A stretch of DNA of 64,000 nucleotides from Antedon mediterranea (Eukaryota > Animalia > Echinodermata). The stretch's first letter is position 1, and each line of letters opens with the position of its first letter. The DNA lies in contig NC_092672.1 in assembly GCF_964355755.1 (NCBI RefSeq), positions 34,788,437 to 34,852,436 of the forward strand, given 5' to 3'. The notes beneath the pieces were generated by a model. That model was given only the letters and a program-made list of their open reading frames with translations. It did not search any database and had not been told where the DNA came from. Position numbers and translations under genes: made by a program. This document shows positions 15,545 to 28,114 of this stretch, piece by piece.

Positions 15545-16939
15545 TTAGTATATAGTACTATATCGCGACATGCTTTCAGTTGCGCTTGAATACATTGGAA
15601 ACATGTTGGCTCTCAGTCTCAGCCATACTACTGTAATTACTCGGTCAGTTGCTGTGTAAGCTGAGTTGTAGACCGCAATGAGATTGTAACACAATACACA
15701 ACATAAAATAAACAATAAAATGTTCATTTACATTATGTACTACTTTTCTAGCAGCTTGCAATACTATCATAATCTACATTATTAAAGCCTAGTATATTCT
15801 CTTATTTTTTTCAAATTCAGGCCTAATCCTATTTTAATCTCATCCTAAATTACACAAATCAGAAATGGTGTTGGTAGTCTATGAGTGCCACTTATACATA
15901 AATAAAAAGATAAATGCCAATATTTTCCTCGAAGTGCGAGATATAAATTATATTTTTTGTTAGCCTTGGTCTGCTACAAATTTCAAGACATGACATGAGA
16001 ATGTTTCATAGGGGTGTTTAATAAATGTGTGTATTCAAGTTGTAGTGCTCTTTACAAAGAGAATAAGCCAATGTTGATTTATCCAGGTATCCTAGCTATT
16101 GTAGACATCCTGCTGTAGGTTGAAAACGTGCTTGCTTTTTAAAAAGGTTTTTGAAATCTCAAGATATTTCATTAAGGTTGTTCTAATATAATAGGATTTG
16201 TTTAACCAAAACATAGCCTTAAAAGAGACACCTGAATGACTAATGTTCCTATTATTTTTGTGTTAACACAAGGAATATAATTTAAGTGTGTAGACCTTGT
16301 CTCCAGGTATCATAAACGAGTAAAAAGATGATATTACAAGTTGGACTTAAAAGCTTTCTTTCCCTGGAAACTTGTAAATCTTCAAGCCCGATATCGACTA
16401 CTGGCGTTAATTTCTCCCCGTGTGAGCAGATCACAAGAAATAAGTTGAGTGTAATCGCAGTCGTTAACGAACTCTTTGAATTCCCAAATGATTTCTTACG
16501 ATCTCCGCTAACAAACTATTTTTACAATTTTACATTCTGCACAACAACTGTTGGAGTACCTTCGGGGGAAATTATGAATTTATGTTTTAATTTTTGAAGC
16601 AGATTATGGAAATATTTGTGAAATTTCCTTGTTGTAACAAATTTACATATTGAAAAGATTCTGTGCTAAAATGACTTATGTACAGTATACACTAAACACA
16701 GAATCTGCATTTTCATTTTGTATTTTACAATTAAAGTTACTATACTTTATTTCTTTGTTTTGATTTTAAATTAATTCTTACCTTTAATGGATGGATTTGC
16801 TTTTCTTTATTTCATAAACTACTGTATATTAATTTTCAGTTTCACTATCTTTCCTTGCACTATCTTTCACATTCAAATACAATACAAAGGAAAGGAAATG
16901 GAACATTTAATTGTTCTAAATATGTCCAATACTGTGTAT

Positions 16940-17555
16940 TACTATATCACACAGTGCTGTATGACACACTACTGTACATTGCAGTACTGTATGACACAGT
17001 GCAGTATGACACAGTGCAGTATGACACAGTGCAGTATGACACAGTGCAGTATGACACAGTGCAGTATGACACAGTGCAGTATGACACAGTACTATATGAC
17101 ACAGTGCAGTATGACACAGTGCAGTATGACACAGTGCAGTATGACACAGTGCAGTATGACACAGTGCAGTATGACACAGTGCAGTATGACACAGTGCAGT
17201 ATGACACAGTGCAGTATGACACAGTGCAGTATGACACAGTACTCTATATATAACACAGTACTTTATCACACAGTACTCTGTAGTACTCTACAACATAGTA
17301 CTCTACAACATAGTACTCTACAACATAGTACTCTACAACATAGTACTCTACAACATAGTACTCTACAACACAGTACTCTACAACACAGTACTCTACAACA
17401 CAGTACTCTACAACACAGTACTCTACAACACAGTACTCTAAGACACAGTACTCTATGACACAGTAATATCACACAGTACTCAATAAGTATAACACAGTAA
17501 ATTTATGACACAGTTCTACTATACGACACAGTACTATGTGATACAGTACTATGTT
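16940..17555. repeat. Compound 15-bp minisatellite (atgacacagtgcagt then caaca(c/t)agtactcta)
   Basis: Two homogeneous 15-mer blocks (about 16991-17240 and 17282-17455) sharing the acacagt core, with degenerate flanks. Confidence 0.95.
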
Positions 17556-20375
17556 CTATCAAACTATGTATTTTATTTATAAATATTATTTAATTTTTTT
17601 ATATAAAAAATACATGTAATTTAATGTACTGTAAATGTAAGATTTATTATAAAGTGGTTCAGTTTTCATTGTGTAATTGTTTTTCAATAGAAGCATCAGT
17701 ATAATTTTAATTAAGCATCATATTTAGAAAGCCTTTAAGCATTAAGAAATGAAGTAGAACAAGAAAGGGTATAATGGCTGGTAGGTCAATAACCCATTAG
17801 ATGACCATTGGGGAATATTACACTTTATAGCTTATAGATATATTCATCTCATATGCCATGGATCTTTAATAAGAAAAACAAAGACCAAGTCTTGTATACT
17901 GAAACAAGAGACAAAAATGACTTTTTAAAGTGGTATAGTAATTGGAAATATCAAACAAACATATAATAAAAGAGTTATTAAAATAATAATCAATACTGTA
18001 GACAGTTGGATAAAAGTGTTTTTTAAATTTTGAACATTTTAATTCAAAAGAATAAGGACATAAGTAAAAACACTTCATTTTACAACTTTTAAGTAATATT
18101 CTTTCCTCTACAGAATATTGCAAAAGTAGTACACTATTTAAAGTTGAATTAGTTAGTATTAAAACAATTATTTTAAATAAAATTTAATTTTCGACTGCTG
18201 ACAACCAAATGTAATTAAGCTAAACATAAAAGAAATTCGAAAATAAAGTGTTGTTTTTACGATCGGTTAAAAAACAAACACCATACTGAGAGGTTATTTA
18301 CAGTTTACTAATTAAAAGAATATATTTTTCAGTCAATGATAGATTTATGATTATTATTCTATAAACCAAAAATAGATGTTATTGTTTGTGCATGTTTGTT
18401 GTAAGATACAAGTAATACAAAACTATGTTTCTCGAATGAAAAATCACTTTGATTAGCAATATTGCTAAACAGAATTTCGAAATGAAATTTTTCCCTGGTA
18501 CTGCAGACGGATATTTTTTATAATTTTTATAGATCTTTGTCATTTAATTGGAGGTCTACTAAAACATACAGTTGAAAAAAAATTGTATAGCTTTGAGATA
18601 GTAAATAGGAATAAAAACAACCGCAGCCCAATTGTCTTAAAAAACTGTCTTTTCCCTTAAAGCATTATGAATTGGTAATCAGTCGCACACGAATGACTCG
18701 CTTCTGGTCAAACTTGCGTGTTCTAGATAACTTTTAGATGGATCAAGGAAAGGTGTTAAAACTTGAGTCATACACAGGGCCATTGATCGTAGTAAGATAT
18801 TTAATTATTTCAAATGTACAATTTCACTATGGAGTCTTACTATAGCACAGTTACTATTTCAATTCATTTTCTTTATACAGTACTTTTTGGAAATGTATCT
18901 CACTCGGGCTCTACTCTACTCTGTCCTACCATAGAGTGTTAATATCTCTATGGTAGGATCCTCTTCTCTAATGTAATTGTACTGGATACAATAACAATGT
19001 TTGCCAGTAATTCTCAGGTGAGACACAACAAACCCACAACCTACAATACCTCTAGACCACTGAGCTTATTGTGACGACTAGGGTTTTAAAATTCAGGAAC
19101 TGTACTGTATTCAACATTTTACAATATAGGATGATTTTGAATACACACTGTACACTGTGCAGTAACATGGCACTCTGCAATATAATAAATACACACTTAT
19201 CATGGGGTCGAGTTTGAAATCTACTTTTTCCTACAAAAAAACACAATTTGGAACAAATTAATATCAACAATAAACAGTAACAAAGAAATATACATCATAG
19301 TTACTCCATACAGGATCATTTAACATTCATTCTTGAACAAACAATTTAATAAATGCTGCATTATCTAAAAACAGAACTTGTATAAAATCTATTCATCAAA
19401 ATAGCATGTTTACAATATGCGTTGGGCAGTGTTCCTTGAGAAAATTTCAATTTGCAACAATGTAGCGAAATCAGTGGATTTCAACACCTTTTAGCTACTC
19501 CGGTTACTAAGGCTTTCACAAAAACAACTCATGCTAACTGCTTAACAATAAGTACGATCTTATGCAGCCTTGTACAATATTGTTGTTTAGTATGGCAGAA
19601 TGCATTCGATTTGGTGAGCTTCATGTGGTTTCTATAGAAGTGTATAGACGTGTGTATGATAAGCTGGCCTTGATCCTGGTAGGCAGCACTCTGAACACGA
19701 TTGTGCACGTTGCAGACGACGGCACGACATGCTAGGAGCAGTGATGTTGAAAAAATGCCCACAAAACAATTATATTATTAATTTTTACATGTATATCAGA
19801 AAATTTCAAAAACAATTTGCTGATAAACCTTCAGGTTATAATAATATAACTATGTCCTTGAAGTTTTATTTTTTTTATTAAATTTAATCTGTGTGACTTA
19901 CGAATGTATTTTGAAAATTAAGACATTATGACATGCTTTGATTTTGTTTAAAATTATAATTAATATTATTAACATATTGTTGAAAATAATCCAGCTTAAA
20001 GAATGCAGTTAACAGACACAGTATAGTGCGTACTTAAAATTTCTATAACATCATTAATAATGTTAATAATGATAATAACCTTGGAACATTTCAAGGTATT
20101 TATCACATCATATTTTGACAAATTATGACATTATAATGTACTGTACATTGGAAATTATGACAATACTAATGTATTTTGGAAATTATGACTTTAATGTTTT
20201 TTGAAAATTATGACATTAATAAAGTATTTTGAAAATTATGACATAATAATACATTTATGATTATCACATATCAACAAAGTTACACATCAAAGGGATTATA
20301 GTTCAAATACATTATAATCGGTCATTTTACATTGAAAAGCACTTGATAAAAGTGCAAAAGGTTCAAGAATGATGA

Positions 20376-20659
20376 AGCTATACACTATCAAACTTCATGT
20401 GACAAAAAATGGGATGTGCCTATATTTTTTATCTTTTTTTTATTTATTCGGTATATAAAAATATATTACAAAACGACAGTCAAGGACTGAAATGAATTGC
20501 ATAACAAATGACTAAAAATTAGTTAAAATTGCTATAAAAATAGAAACATCTTATTAAAATTAGATATCGTACCATAAAATATCAGCTATATATGGACATG
20601 ATGATGCCATACTACCGTATTTCGACACATCACACTAGTTTGATAGTGTAAACAGAGCT
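20376..20659 (+). mobile_element. MITE family A copy interrupted by a 161-bp insertion
   Basis: Left half ends gatgtgcctata, right half resumes ctatatatggacatgatg; a solo right TIR follows at 20778-20802. Confidence 0.82.
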
Positions 20660-20805
20660 TTTAGATTTTGAAATTAATGTACCAACACGCATGGTAATAT
20701 GTGAGCTGAAAGGATTGTGAATACGTCATTAACGTTGTAAAAGCAACAAAGGTTTAAGTCCTGGTAGTGCAAGTTAGCTAGTTTGATAGTGTAGACAGAG
20801 CTTAA

Positions 20806-21431
20806 AGACCCCTTCCCTGCAATTTTGGACGTTTTTTGGAAAATAATACATATATATCACTTTAAAAACATTAAACCATGTCATTCCTTGTCTTAAATGT
20901 ACGTTTTATGGTAAATTATGATAAAAAGTGAGAAACAATGCACTACCTAAGTAGCTCGCGGCGATCGACCTCTCGTGGACGGTCTTAGGCCTAGCCTAGC
21001 TAGGCTTAGTTTTGTAGGCCTAGCTGGTAAACATCGGTAACGTACGAACATCGTACGCGAGCTATATACCTAGCCTGACGTTGTATAGTTGCTGCATTAA
21101 TTGTCTTTCTATATTTGCCAGACTCCGTTGATACAAATTGGGGAAAACCCGGTATTTTCGCTGAAAAGTTAGGAGTCTTCCATTTGTTTTGGCCTCACGA
21201 TCGATCGAAAAGTGGGCGAATTACAGGTGAAAAACAAAAATATCAATCCGCGCGCAATGCATTTTGGGATTTATAGCGGGCCGCTATAATTATTAGAATC
21301 GACTTATTTTTCACATTTTTAACCGTTTAAAGACGAAAAAAGATATCGCAATAGGACCATATAGTATTATTTTTACATTAAATATAGTTTGTGACCTTAA
21401 ATTAGATCTAAAAAACGTAGGGAATGGGGCT
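20806..21431. mobile_element. Non-autonomous Kolobok-like DNA transposon, 626 bp
   Basis: TTAA on both sides (20802-20805, 21432-21435); AG...CT termini; imperfect TIR agaccccttccct / agccccattccct; CpG-rich interior unlike the flanks. Confidence 0.75.
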
Positions 21432-21451
21432 TTAATAGAGGGAATACTAAC

Positions 21452-21571
21452 CTTCACATAGAGTGAGATGGCAACACATGGCATATGCTCTGGAGACTCT
21501 AACTTCATGACCACTACGGTATTCTTAAGGTCATCCATGTCATCAACGTTACAGAAACTGGCTGGGTGAAG
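21452..21571 (-). CDS. ZNRF3: ZNRF3/RNF43-family, coding exon 2 (PA domain)
   Basis: ttctttgttcag|CTTCAC...GTGAAG|gttagt; 120 nt, LHPASFCNVDDMDDLKNTVVVMKLESPEHMPCVAISLYVK aligns by eye with vertebrate ZNRF3 MHPLGLCN...VGVVKLEQPE....PC.....K, including both PA-domain cysteines. Confidence 0.92.
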
Positions 21572-21655
21572 CTGAACAAAGAAAAGAAATTAATTTGTGA
21601 ATCTAGAGACAATCAAAATATTAAAATATCAATAAAAATGTTTAAAATATACATT

Positions 21656-22266
21656 AGTCAAACCCCATTTAAAGGGACACCTTAATAATGATGTCCTCAA
21701 AATAGAGATTGGCTATAGTGTTACATCATATTAGCCCATTTCTTTCATGGTATAGTGTCTAGGGGTGTCCACAAAATACTGTAGGATTTGGCTCTATTGT
21801 TATTATTTCCCATAATTTGTTTCACAGTAAAGTGTTCCCTTAATAGGGGTGTCCTCAGAATAGGAGTTGGCTATAGTGTTACATCATATTAGCCCATTTC
21901 TTTCATGGTATAATGTTGCCTTACTAGGGGTGTCCACAAAATACTGTAGGATTTGGCTCTATTGTTAAAACATATTTCCCATAATTTGTTTCACAGTAAA
22001 GTGTTCCCTTAATAGGGGTGTCCTCAGAATAGGAGTTGGCTATAGTGTTACATCACGTTTATAGAGCCATGAATAATATTATTTTGGGGAGTATATTGGT
22101 TATTATTAGACATATGATGGACATTAATAACAATAGACAATCAATAATAATTTAAAATTAAATAAGGAAATATTAAACAAATAAATAATTTAATAATAAA
22201 TTTGTTTCAATTATGCCATAGTTTTCGCTTAATAGGGGTATCTAAAAAGAAAAAAGTTTCACCTGT
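21656..22266 (+). mobile_element. Family B MITE with ~165-170-bp internal duplication and inserted inverted flank
   Basis: Shares ttaaagggacac / ggggtgtcc..aatag(a/g)..ttggctatagtgtta motifs with the 24735 and 31103 copies. Confidence 0.62.
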
Positions 22267-22437
22267 TTAATATTCATAGTAATTCATTAACCACATATTA
22301 TTATTAAATTATTTATTTGTTTAATATTTCCTAATTTAATTTTAAATCATTATTGATTGTCTATTGTTATTAATGTCCATCATATGTCTAATAATAACCA
22401 ATATACTCCCCAAAATAATATTATTCATGGCTCTATA
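22060..22437. repeat. 140-bp inverted repeat (22060-22199 / 22298-22437)
   Basis: Arms are reverse complements with two mismatches found by eye; 98-bp spacer. Confidence 0.93.
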
Positions 22438-22617
22438 TAATTATATTATATTGGTATGAGCCTTTTAAGTACATGCTAAATTAAATTAATTGTAACTAAA
22501 CACCATTGCTATACCATTATTCCACTGTTAATAATGGATAAATAGATTATGAAATGACTGAAGAGCATACTGTAGTTTAATAAGCATGAACACACTGAAA
22601 GTTAGGGATTACAAGTT

Positions 22618-24232
22618 CAGAGAGTTGGGGTTACAACTCCCTGAATATAATGTAGGACTACTATATGAAGGGGACATACAGAGAGTTGGGGTTACAACTC
22701 CCTGAATATAATGTAGGACTACTATATGAAGGGGACATACAGAGAGTTGGGGTTACAACTCCCTGAATATAATGTAGGACTACTATATGAAGGGGACATA
22801 CAGAGAGTTGGGGTTACAACTCTCTGAATATAATGTAGGACTACTATATGAAGGGGACATACAGAGAGTTGGGGTTACAACTCCCTGAATATAATGTAGG
22901 ACTACTATATGAAGGGGACATACAGAGAGTTGGGGTTACAACTCCCTGAATATAATGTAGGACTACTATATAAAGGGGACTTACAGAGAGTTGGGGTTAC
23001 AACTCCCTGAATATAATGTAGGACTATTATAAAGGGGACTTACAGAGAGTTGGGGTTACAACTCCCTGAATATAATGTAGGACTACTATATGAAGGGGAC
23101 ATACAGAGAGTTGGGGTTACAACTCCCTGAATATAATGTAGGACTACTATATGAAGGGGACATACAGAGAGTTGGGGTTACAACTCCCTGAATATAATGT
23201 AGGACTACTATATGAAGGGGACATACAGAGAGTTAGGGTTACAACTCCCTGAATATAATGTAGGACTACTATATGAAGGGGACATACAGAGAGTTGGGGT
23301 TACAACTCCCTGAATATAATGTAGGACTACTATATGAAGGGGACATACAGAGAGTTGGGGTTACAACTCTCTGAATATAATGTAGGACTACTATATGAAG
23401 GGGACATACAGAGAGTTGGGGTTACAACTCCCTGAATATAATGTAGGACTACTATATGAAGGGGACATACAGAGAGTTGGGGTTACAACTCCCTGAATAT
23501 AATGTAGGACTACTATATGAAGGGGACATACAGAGAGTTGGGGTTACAACTCCCTGAATATAATGTAGGACTACTATATAAAGGGGACTTACAGAGAGTT
23601 GGGGTTACAACTCCCTGAATATAATGTAGGACTATTATAAAGGGGACTTACAGAGAGTTGGGGTTACAACTCCCTGAATATAATGTAGGACTACTATATG
23701 AAGGGGACATACAGAGAGTTGGGGTTACAACTCCCTGAATATAATGTAGGACTACTATATGAAGGGGACATACAGAGAGTTGGGGGTTACAACTCCCTGA
23801 ATATAATGTAGGACTACTATATGAAGGGGACATACAGAGAGTTGGGGTTACAACTCTCTGAATATAATGTAGGACTACTATATGAAGGGGACATACAGAG
23901 AGTTGGGGTTACAAATCCCTGAATATAATGTAGGACTACTATATGAAGGGGACATACAGAGAGTTGGGGTTACAACTCCCTGAATATAATGTAGGACTAC
24001 TATATGAAGGGGACATACAGAGAGTTGGGGTTACAACTCCCTGAATATAATGTAGGACTACTATATAAAGGGGACTTACAGAGAGTTGGGGTTACAACTC
24101 CCTGAATATAATGTAGGACTACTATATGAAGAGGACATACAGAGAGTTGGGGTTACAACTCCCTGAATATAATGTAGGACTACTATATGAAGGGGACATA
24201 CAGAGAGTTGGGGTTACAACTCCCTGAATATA
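22618..24232. repeat. 61-bp minisatellite, about 26.5 units
   Basis: Unit cagagagttggggttacaactccctgaatataatgtaggactactatatgaaggggacata with a few recurring variants. Confidence 0.98.
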
Positions 24233-24734
24233 CGACTATGAAGGGGTGAGGTTCTTCTATCCATAGCATCAACTTTAAATAATACAACCTCTTTACAAAG
24301 GATAAAACTTGTTTCACCACAAAGTCATTCAATTGGCTCATGAAAGGATCCGATTTTCAATATCAGAGATGTACGGTTTTCTAACTGGTACACTCTGCCA
24401 CTATATGTATCGTTTGTAGAAAAGACGGGAAGAAAATTATTATTGCTTTTCCTCGGTGGTGTAAATAAAATTAATGAACACTATCAACATACAGCACCAA
24501 ATTACAAGGCTTTAGCTTTGGGGATTTTATTTGCACTTATGGAATAAATTATTACATGCGTTAAAAATTGTAGCCCTTAATTGATGTCCCTTGTGACACG
24601 ATACTAACTGTAGGCTTATCATTTAAAATTATTATAAAAAGTATTTTATTTAGAGTACAAACAATGAACTGGCTTCCTGAATGGATTATTTCTTCTTTAA
24701 ATTGATATTTGTATGTAACCTAAGGTAATACAGA

Positions 24735-25084
24735 CAGTAGAACCTTTGAAGGTGACACATTCGGCATCCACCAAGTGTCCCATTAACAGAGTGTCTTCTG
24801 AATAGAGGTTGGCCGTAGTGTTAAAACAATGGCCCCTTGTTTAATTCATAAGAAAGTGTCCCCTTAACAGAGTGTCTTCTGAATAGAGGTTGGCCGTAGT
24901 GTTAAAACAATGGCCACTTGTTTAATTCATAAGAAAGTGTCCCCTAACAGAGTGTCTTCTGAATAGAGGTTGGCCGTAGTGTTAAAACAATGGCCCCTTG
25001 TTTAATTCATAAGAAAGTGTCCTCTTAAAAGAGGTGTCCCTTGAACAGGAGTGTCCCAAAGGAGGACTTTTATCTACTTTACTG
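24735..25084 (+). mobile_element. Tc1/mariner-type MITE (family B) with 3 x 81-bp internal tandem repeat
   Basis: Begins cagtagaacct, ends actg|ta; repeated aagtgtcccyttaacagag...aatagaggttggc. Confidence 0.7.
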
Positions 25085-25961
25085 TACTACAGTATATAAA
25101 TAACATAATCAGGGTATGGAAATGGTGCTCTTTGTGGATTATTAGAGGTGTCCCTTGAATCAGGTTATGGAAATGGTGACCTCATACTGCATTGGTCAGA
25201 AGGTTCCATTTTTATGTTTTTATTTTATATAATGTAACTATTGTTAAGTTTAGATAACAAAGAAAATCAGTTAGTACAGTATTATGGCAGCAACTTTTTC
25301 AACAGCTATTTATTCCATCATTTACGATTTAAATAAAAAAGTGAGAAACATCGGAGCATGTATGACAAATGAAAACTAATAATGGACATGTGGGTATGCC
25401 ACTTTAAAAGCCTTTATGCTACTAATCCACACGCTCTTGTCGCTCTTAAAACATGAAGGGGAAAAATGTTTAACTAATGCTTGCGTAAATCATTTGTAAT
25501 TAGCCAATGACAACCCAAGGTTGTTAGACATTTTATAATGAATCAATTTTTATAATAATTCTAGAAGTCTGTTCTTACATTACAATATTTTTGTGCTACT
25601 TTTGTTATATTTTTGGATGTACTGTAAAGAAAGGATGATGCCATAACAATGTGTACAGTATTGTACATCGTAAGTATAGATGGAAGACCACCAACATCAT
25701 CATCTAATCTGTGGTTTAAGTATGTCACTATCAGATAGGTTTAATTGTTATTATCTAGGCTTCATTGTTGTAATGTTTTGTGATTATTACAACAACAAAA
25801 ACACATGACTACAAGAATGTCATCAACAACACAGAGAACTAGCCTGCTTTAGCCCAATTCCCTATTTCATCCGCCGCCGATTAATGCCTGATTCTATAGT
25901 CTTTTTATCATATTTTATCTTTTTACATCTATCAGATATATTGGTGTTTTTTATCTATTAA

Positions 25962-28114
25962 CAGTGGGAAAGCCACTTCGCGTTTTGACCGTTAAATCGT
26001 GTAAAATCGACTTACTTCCGCATTGACGATTTTGAAGCGCCACCTATCGTTAAAAACTGAAACCACGATTTTTCGTCGCCTAGCAAATAAGTGCTGTTTT
26101 ATTTTAAGCTCTCATGAATATTTAAGAACCGCCCAACATTACCTATTATGGTAAAAGCATTTCCTAATAAGTATAATTGAATAACCAATCGGTTTCCTTC
26201 AAAGAAACCGAAGCTAATACAATACATTCGGCCACTGAAGTCGGGACTCGTGAAATTTATAAATGTGGTACGATTTGACTACTGTTTTGTTGTCCATTTT
26301 CTGAATAGTCGGAGGTGCATCCCAACAAATTAAAAAAATTATAATCAATTGTTTTATCAAGAATAATATTAGTTTAATCGAGTATGATATATTTCTATCC
26401 TGTTCAAAATGTGTTGGTGTATTCTCAGGCCTCGAAAGGTAGGTACATTTTCTAGCTGTGAGCGTGGTTTCGGCAACGCGAGACACGTGTGTCAGTATAG
26501 GCGATAGCGAGACGTGTGTTGTACTGTGTTGATGCTGATCCGATAGTCGTTAAGTTGTACTGGTTACGAGTATCATTGGTCCTGGCCGGCCTAGCCTGGT
26601 GATCTGATCCCCCAAAAAATACTTTTTTTCAATGAGTATTAATTTTATTTTTCATTTATTATTTGATTTATTAGGCTCAATAGATGCCTAGCTAGGCTAC
26701 TAGTTAGTAGGCCTAGATTATATAAATAATAATAGTAAATACTGTAATATTAATTAATAAAATACAGCTTCCATTTGCCTTACTTTTATGTCATCATATA
26801 ATATTATAATTATATATACAACCAGACATTAACATTTTTTTTAAATAATATTTATTATTTTTTCTGACACTTTCAGGAAGCGTTGATGATGCAGAGTTCT
26901 TTGTCTTTGTGACTTCAAACTGAGAGTGAAGTGGATAAAAAGATGACACCGGTACCTACCGACATTGTCATATACCCAAACTATAATTTAATTATTTAAA
27001 ACAAAATGTTGAATTACAAATATGTATGTTGCAGAGGATTTAGATGAATTACAATACAAATATTTATGTTGAATGCAAACCTACTACACTATACTCTGTA
27101 AATTATGTTATTGTCATGTGGTAGACCTTAAAAATTGAATATTTATTGTATGTTAGGCCTATTTTATATTTTATTAATACTGTATTAATAATAATACTAT
27201 TAATCTATATTATACAGTACTAGTTTGTACATTTTTTTACCCCAAAAAAATGAATAAATAATTTGTTATTCAATCTAATTGCTTGTTTGTTCATCAATAA
27301 CAAAACAATTGTAAGCAAGTATATAACAGTTCTTGTTAGCCGCTTATTTCAGGTCATATTATTAATATTAGCTAGACCCGACGCGCCCGATCACAACGTC
27401 ACTAAGTGACTTTCCGCCCCTGGAACAATCGCTCGCTAATAGGGCTAGGCCTCGGACTCGTATAAAAGCTATTATAATAGTTATGATAAATATTCCTCAA
27501 CTAAAATGTATACTGTGATAAATAAACAAGTAAATAATATACGTTGTATTGGAATGTATTTATTTATATGAATTCTTATACGCGGACAATTATAAACATC
27601 GCGTATATCGTTCGCTATAAATAAATTCATAAACACGATGACGATGTGTTTACAAAATGGCGGTTTCGCTAGTTTTCGATGGAACAAATAGTGGTACCTT
27701 TAGTTTGAATAGTCGGAGCTGCATCCCAACCACCGAATTTTGTATCTTAATATCGTATTCTGTAGATTATTAATTTTTCTAACAGGGATTTTAAATTCAG
27801 GACTGTTCAATTTTTCTAAATATTTTATTTTAACGATTTTCTAGGGTACAATTTCGGAAAAAAGACATTGGTTGATTTTGCCGTTAAATTACAGATTATC
27901 GTTTTGTTCAAATACATTTAATTTTACATAACAATATATTAAAACCATTTATGAATTTATTTCACTAACAATATTTTTCCGATAACCAGCTAAATTTACA
28001 AATATTGTGTTTTTCCAATACCCTAAAATTTAGCAATTTTGAACTAAATTAGAAAAGTAGGGCGCCCTCTCCGAGTCGAAATTTGACACGATTTGTCGAC
28101 TGGCTGTCCCACTG
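25962..28114. mobile_element. Non-autonomous TIR DNA transposon, 2153 bp, TTAA-flanked, superfamily unclear
   Basis: ttaa|cagtgggaaagcca...tggctgtcccactg|ttaa; subterminal aaatcgtgt(a/c)aaat..cgact at both ends; CpG-rich blocks; no long ORF. Confidence 0.8.

Noticed and set aside
16787-17472. ORFs with CSMTQ, YDTVQ, HSTLQ repeats
   Set aside because: Translations of the 15-bp minisatellite in several frames and on both strands.
19529-19762. ORF MGIFSTSLLLAC... as the ZNRF3 transmembrane exon (cf. DMGIF)
   Set aside because: It lies between exons 2 and 3, starts at GTG and lacks a full TM helix; the resemblance is coincidental and it is more likely a retroelement remnant.
22618-24232. CRISPR-like array (hairpin-containing repeats)
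   Set aside because: Units are contiguous with no unique spacers, there are no cas genes, and the context is a eukaryotic intron; the same applies to the 46-bp array.
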